A stretch of 64,000 bases of DNA from Bacillota bacterium. Its GTDB lineage: Bacteria; Bacillota; UBA4882; UBA8346. The position numbers and the translations under genes were made by a program. The stretch is from positions 2,909 to 66,908 of the forward strand of contig JAKOTQ010000082.1 of assembly GCA_029776205.1 (NCBI GenBank), given 5' to 3'. Each line of letters starts with the position of its first letter. Position 1 is the first letter of the stretch. Positions 61,058 to 64,000 of this stretch are shown piece by piece. The notes beneath the pieces were generated by a model, which saw only the letters and a list, made by a program, of their open reading frames with translations, was not told where the DNA came from and did no database searches.

Positions 61058-61086
61058 ATTATAACGAATGAATCCTTTACAGTCAA
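61058..61086 (-). promoter_or_regulatory. Putative sigma-A promoter of hydA
   Basis: TTGACT-N17-TATAAT on the minus strand, about 110 nt upstream of the hydA ATG. Confidence 0.55.
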
Positions 61087-61144
61087 CGTTGAACCATCAG
61101 CAATCCTATGCCTTCGGACGTCCTCTGTTCACAGCGAAAACTGT

Positions 61145-61948
61145 TTAGTTCCTGCTTTCAACCATCCGATTTAAACTGCCGGAACGGTAGCCTTCCATAT
61201 CCATGCAAACATAAACATAACCAAGTTCCTTAAAAAACTGGATTATCGCAATTCGATGTTGCAGAAGATTATCAAATTGAAGGGGTTCAATCTCGATACG
61301 GGCAATACTTCCATGATCCCGAAGCCGAAATTGTCTATAACCCAATTGTCGCAGTAAAGTTTCTCCCGCTTCTACCCGGCGTACCCCTTCCAATGTAATC
61401 GGGGTTCCATAGGGAAACCGAGTGGCCAAACAGGCAAAAGAAGGCAAATCCCAAGTTGACAATTGATAGTCTGCCGATAACCTTCGGATCTCTTCCTTGG
61501 TCAATTCCGCCTCCAACAAAGGACTGCGAATTCCCAATTCTCGGCAGGCTTTCATACCTGGACGGTAATCGCCTTGGTCGCTGAAATTGGTACCGTCGAC
61601 AACGGCTTCCAGTTGTTCCTCTGCAGCCATCGTTTTTAACCTGGTGAACAAAGCCCGTTTGCAATAATAACACCGCTCCGGAACATTGGCGGCAAATTCC
61701 GGCACTGCGAAGGGATCAGCCGTTATCACCCGGTGACGCACGCCTAAATCCGCAGCAAAGGCCCGAGCCGTCTTCAGCTCATGCCCTGGAAATATGGGAG
61801 AACTGGCAGTCACCGCCAAAATCTTCTCAGGGGGCAAACATTCCTGAGCAACTTTCAATAAAAAGCTACTGTCCACACCACCGGAAAAACCGATTATAAT
61901 ACCGTCTATACTCGAAAGGATCTTTTTTAAACGCTCAAGTTTGGTCAT
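61145..61948 (-). CDS. larE: PP-loop ATP pyrophosphatase of the LarE (TIGR00268) family
   Basis: 267 aa with PP-loop GFSGGVDSS, plus CYYC and a third Cys (SFACLATRFPYG). Confidence 0.82.
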   Translation of the reverse strand: MTKLERLKKILSSIDGIIIGFSGGVDSSFLLKVAQECLPPEKILAVTASSPIFPGHELKTARAFAADLGVRHRVITADPFAVPEFAANVPERCYYCKRALFTRLKTMAAEEQLEAVVDGTNFSDQGDYRPGMKACRELGIRSPLLEAELTKEEIRRLSADYQLSTWDLPSFACLATRFPYGTPITLEGVRRVEAGETLLRQLGYRQFRLRDHGSIARIEIEPLQFDNLLQHRIAIIQFFKELGYVYVCMDMEGYRSGSLNRMVESRN

Positions 61949-61975
61949 AAAGCAATCCCCGCTGTTTTCTTATCT

Positions 61976-62464
61976 TCAAATACGTTCACAGGCGCTCAAT
62001 TCCGCCGCACGTTCGCGGATAATCTCCGCTAGCTTCCTGCCGGTACGGGGATTGATAATTTCAGGCTCCAATTCGACCAGCGGTAAAAGAACAAAAGACC
62101 GCTCTTCCAATTTAAGATGAGGTACAACCAAACCAGCTGTTTCAAAAACCCAGTTATTAAAGAGTAATAAATCCAAATCGATCACTCTCGGGCCATATCG
62201 GATCGTTTTTTCCCGTCCCATCTGCTCCTCGATGGTTTTTAAAGCTTTCAACACTTTCGTTGGCTTCCATAGTCCGTCAATTTCAAAACGGACCACCTGA
62301 TTGTAAAACCAAGGTTGCTCCAACAGTTCAACCGGTTCACTCCGATAAACCGAAGAAGCCACAGCCTGAGCCTGAAAACAATCCTCCATCCGCTTGACTG
62401 CATCAGCCAAATAGGCCAAGCTGTCTCCGATATTCGACCCTAATCCGATATATATTCTATTCAT
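61976..62464 (-). CDS. folK: Hydroxymethyldihydropterin pyrophosphokinase
   Basis: Motifs IYIGLGSNIGD, GPRVIDLDLL and VPH. Start at the ATG at 62464, overlapping the folP stop (ATGAATAG). Confidence 0.9.
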   Translation of the reverse strand: MNRIYIGLGSNIGDSLAYLADAVKRMEDCFQAQAVASSVYRSEPVELLEQPWFYNQVVRFEIDGLWKPTKVLKALKTIEEQMGREKTIRYGPRVIDLDLLLFNNWVFETAGLVVPHLKLEERSFVLLPLVELEPEIINPRTGRKLAEIIRERAAELSACERI

Positions 62465-63683
62465 ATTTTCTAATAGCATCGCACATTTTAATTGCCCGGG
62501 AAACCGCTTGGACGTCATGAACCCGGATGATTCGGGCTCCTTGAGCAACGCCCCATACCACGGTGGCAATCGTTCCTTCCAATCGTTCTTCTACCGGCAA
62601 ATTTAACGTTAATCCGATCACCGATTTTCTAGATGTTCCCAGTAGAATCGGACGCCCTAACACTTTCAACTCATTCAAATTTTGCAATATTTTTAGATTA
62701 TCTTCATAATTTTTTGCAAAACCAATGCCCGGATCGATAATCGTCTTTTCCAGTTCCACTCCATGTTTTAAAGCAATCTCTATTGACTCGCTTATGGAGT
62801 CGATCACCTCAGACATTAACCATTTGTATTCCGGCTGAGATTGATTATGCATCAATACTACAGTTGCTTTAGCCTCTCCGGCCACTTTCGCCATCCGGTG
62901 TTCCGGATCATAAGGAGAGCGTAGCCCCCAAATATCATTGATGATCGTAGCCCCGATCTCCAAGGCTTTTTCCGCAATAGCCGGTTTATATGTATCGATG
63001 GAGATAGGAACCTTCACCGCCCGAACCAACTCTTTAAGCACAGGAAACAAACGAGCTGCCTCTTCTTCTTCCGACACCGCAGTTCCACCGGGCCGAGTTG
63101 ATTCCGCCCCAATATCTAGAATATCCGCACCAGCCTCAATCATCCGTTGTGCCTGCTCTATAGCTGCATCGACTGCATGTTGGCCGCCATGTAACCCATC
63201 CTTGGAAAAGGAGTCCGGTGTCAAATTGATGATACCCATAATCAGAGTCCGTTCCGAAAGGTCGTAATAGGCATCACCGATGGTCAATTTCGGTTGATTA
63301 TTTCGGTAATTTCCAAGGGCCTCTTCAAGCCTCTGAGCCACCTCAGCCAGTTTAAATGGCTGTTGCTTTAATTTCGTGACCAATTGGCGAAGTTGACGGA
63401 GAGTACCCCCGAGCATCACTTCATATTCCGCTTCACTATTGGATTGAGCCCAACTGCACACTTGCCAGGAAACCGCCGCATCAGCTCCCCGGGCCAGCAT
63501 CTCTTGTTTGATGATGGCAGCCTGCCGGAATGTCAGTCCGTAAAGTTTCACCACAAAATGTTCGAACTTATCTTCCATAATTTCTATGCCGCGGGGATCG
63601 ACCCCAATCCGTTCCATCTCCCCCCGCAGCCGCTTCGCTTTTAGTGCCTGATCGATCGTAATCCGTTTAATAATTGAACTCAC
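62457..63683 (-). CDS. folP: Dihydropteroate synthase with an extra ~130-aa N-terminal domain (start uncertain)
   Basis: Pterin-binding core (IMGIINLTPDSFS, DIGAESTRPG, SIDT, GTSRKS). The ORF-track start at 63791 lies upstream of the dodecin terminator, so the true start must be downstream. Candidates are GTG 63683, ATT 63674 (best RBS, GAGGTGA) and ATG 63617. Confidence 0.85.
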   Translation of the reverse strand: MSSIIKRITIDQALKAKRLRGEMERIGVDPRGIEIMEDKFEHFVVKLYGLTFRQAAIIKQEMLARGADAAVSWQVCSWAQSNSEAEYEVMLGGTLRQLRQLVTKLKQQPFKLAEVAQRLEEALGNYRNNQPKLTIGDAYYDLSERTLIMGIINLTPDSFSKDGLHGGQHAVDAAIEQAQRMIEAGADILDIGAESTRPGGTAVSEEEEAARLFPVLKELVRAVKVPISIDTYKPAIAEKALEIGATIINDIWGLRSPYDPEHRMAKVAGEAKATVVLMHNQSQPEYKWLMSEVIDSISESIEIALKHGVELEKTIIDPGIGFAKNYEDNLKILQNLNELKVLGRPILLGTSRKSVIGLTLNLPVEERLEGTIATVVWGVAQGARIIRVHDVQAVSRAIKMCDAIRKYE

Positions 63684-63728
63684 CTCATTTGATCTATTCC
63701 ACAATTCCCCGGTTATCCCCTGCTTCCA

Positions 63729-63758
63729 TAAAAAAAATAGAGCTTTAAATGCTCTATT
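63729..63758 (-). terminator. Intrinsic terminator of the dodecin gene
   Basis: Stem AUAGAGC/GCUCUAU with a 7-nt loop, followed by U8 on the minus strand. Confidence 0.7.
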
Positions 63759-63787
63759 TCGCACAATCTTATTTATTTTCAACTGCA

Positions 63788-63991
63788 TCAATCATCAATC
63801 CGAAATGCTAAATGAAGATCGGCTTTATACTCTACCACTCTTCCGTTTTCTACGGTTGCTGTTAAATTTTTAATTTCGACTCCGGTAATATTATGGATGG
63901 TCTCTGATGCTTTACTGACAGCTTTATCGATGGCATCCTTCCAACCTACCGGAGAATCAGCCACCAGCTCAACGACTTTTACGACGCTCAT
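63788..63991 (-). CDS. Dodecin-family flavin-binding protein
   Basis: MSVVKVVELVADSPVGWKDAIDKAV...VEYKADLHLAFRIDD is a typical dodecin pattern. ATG at 63991 (the ORF track uses TTG at 63997). The RBS lies at or beyond the window edge. Confidence 0.8.
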   Translation of the reverse strand: MSVVKVVELVADSPVGWKDAIDKAVSKASETIHNITGVEIKNLTATVENGRVVEYKADLHLAFRIDD

Positions 63992-64000
63992 TCCCAACTC

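Overview
This is a tightly packed, almost entirely minus-strand housekeeping region that looks like a spore-forming Clostridia-type Firmicute. Evidence for that: a class-A RNase P RNA, ytxC, a tepA-like/ylzJ pair, ftsK/spoIIIE and an [FeFe]-hydrogenase. Gene order on the minus strand, from high to low coordinate: dodecin | folP-folK-larE-like | hydA | tRNA-Val | ytxC | pyrR-pyrP-pyrB-pyrC-carA-carB-pyrK-pyrD-purE | riboswitch-purB-purF-purM-purN-fabZ-like-purC-purD | DMT protein, XRE-cupin regulator, acyl-CoA synthetase, SGNH esterase | DUF2148, pgm | queG-like/cyclase/mscS | U32 | rpsO-pnp | pilZ (the only plus-strand gene) | tepA-like-ylzJ, Na/Pi-PhoU, ftsK, rodZ-like | dnaG-sigA | tRNA(CAU) | nif3-like, TraR/DksA zinc finger, COG1579 zinc ribbon, rnpB | two M48 peptidases | trmH-like, yqzL-like, T-box-pheS-pheT | membrane protein, zapA-cvpA, DUF421, HD, CBS, truncated BNR protein. 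I found no CRISPR array, transposase, integrase, phage gene or recognisable defence or toxin system, so I cannot point to a clearly novel multi-gene system. The observations most worth follow-up are: (1) a ykkC-subtype-2 (probably PRPP-type) ON-riboswitch in front of purB; (2) a monomeric [FeFe]-hydrogenase whose H-cluster L1 motif reads TSCSPGW instead of TSCCPxW; (3) a divergent FabZ-like hotdog gene embedded in the pur operon; (4) two unusually long, structured spacers inside the pyr operon that share short motifs with each other and with the pilZ/pnp convergent spacer. All calls come from reading the sequence and from remembered family motifs. No database search was run.
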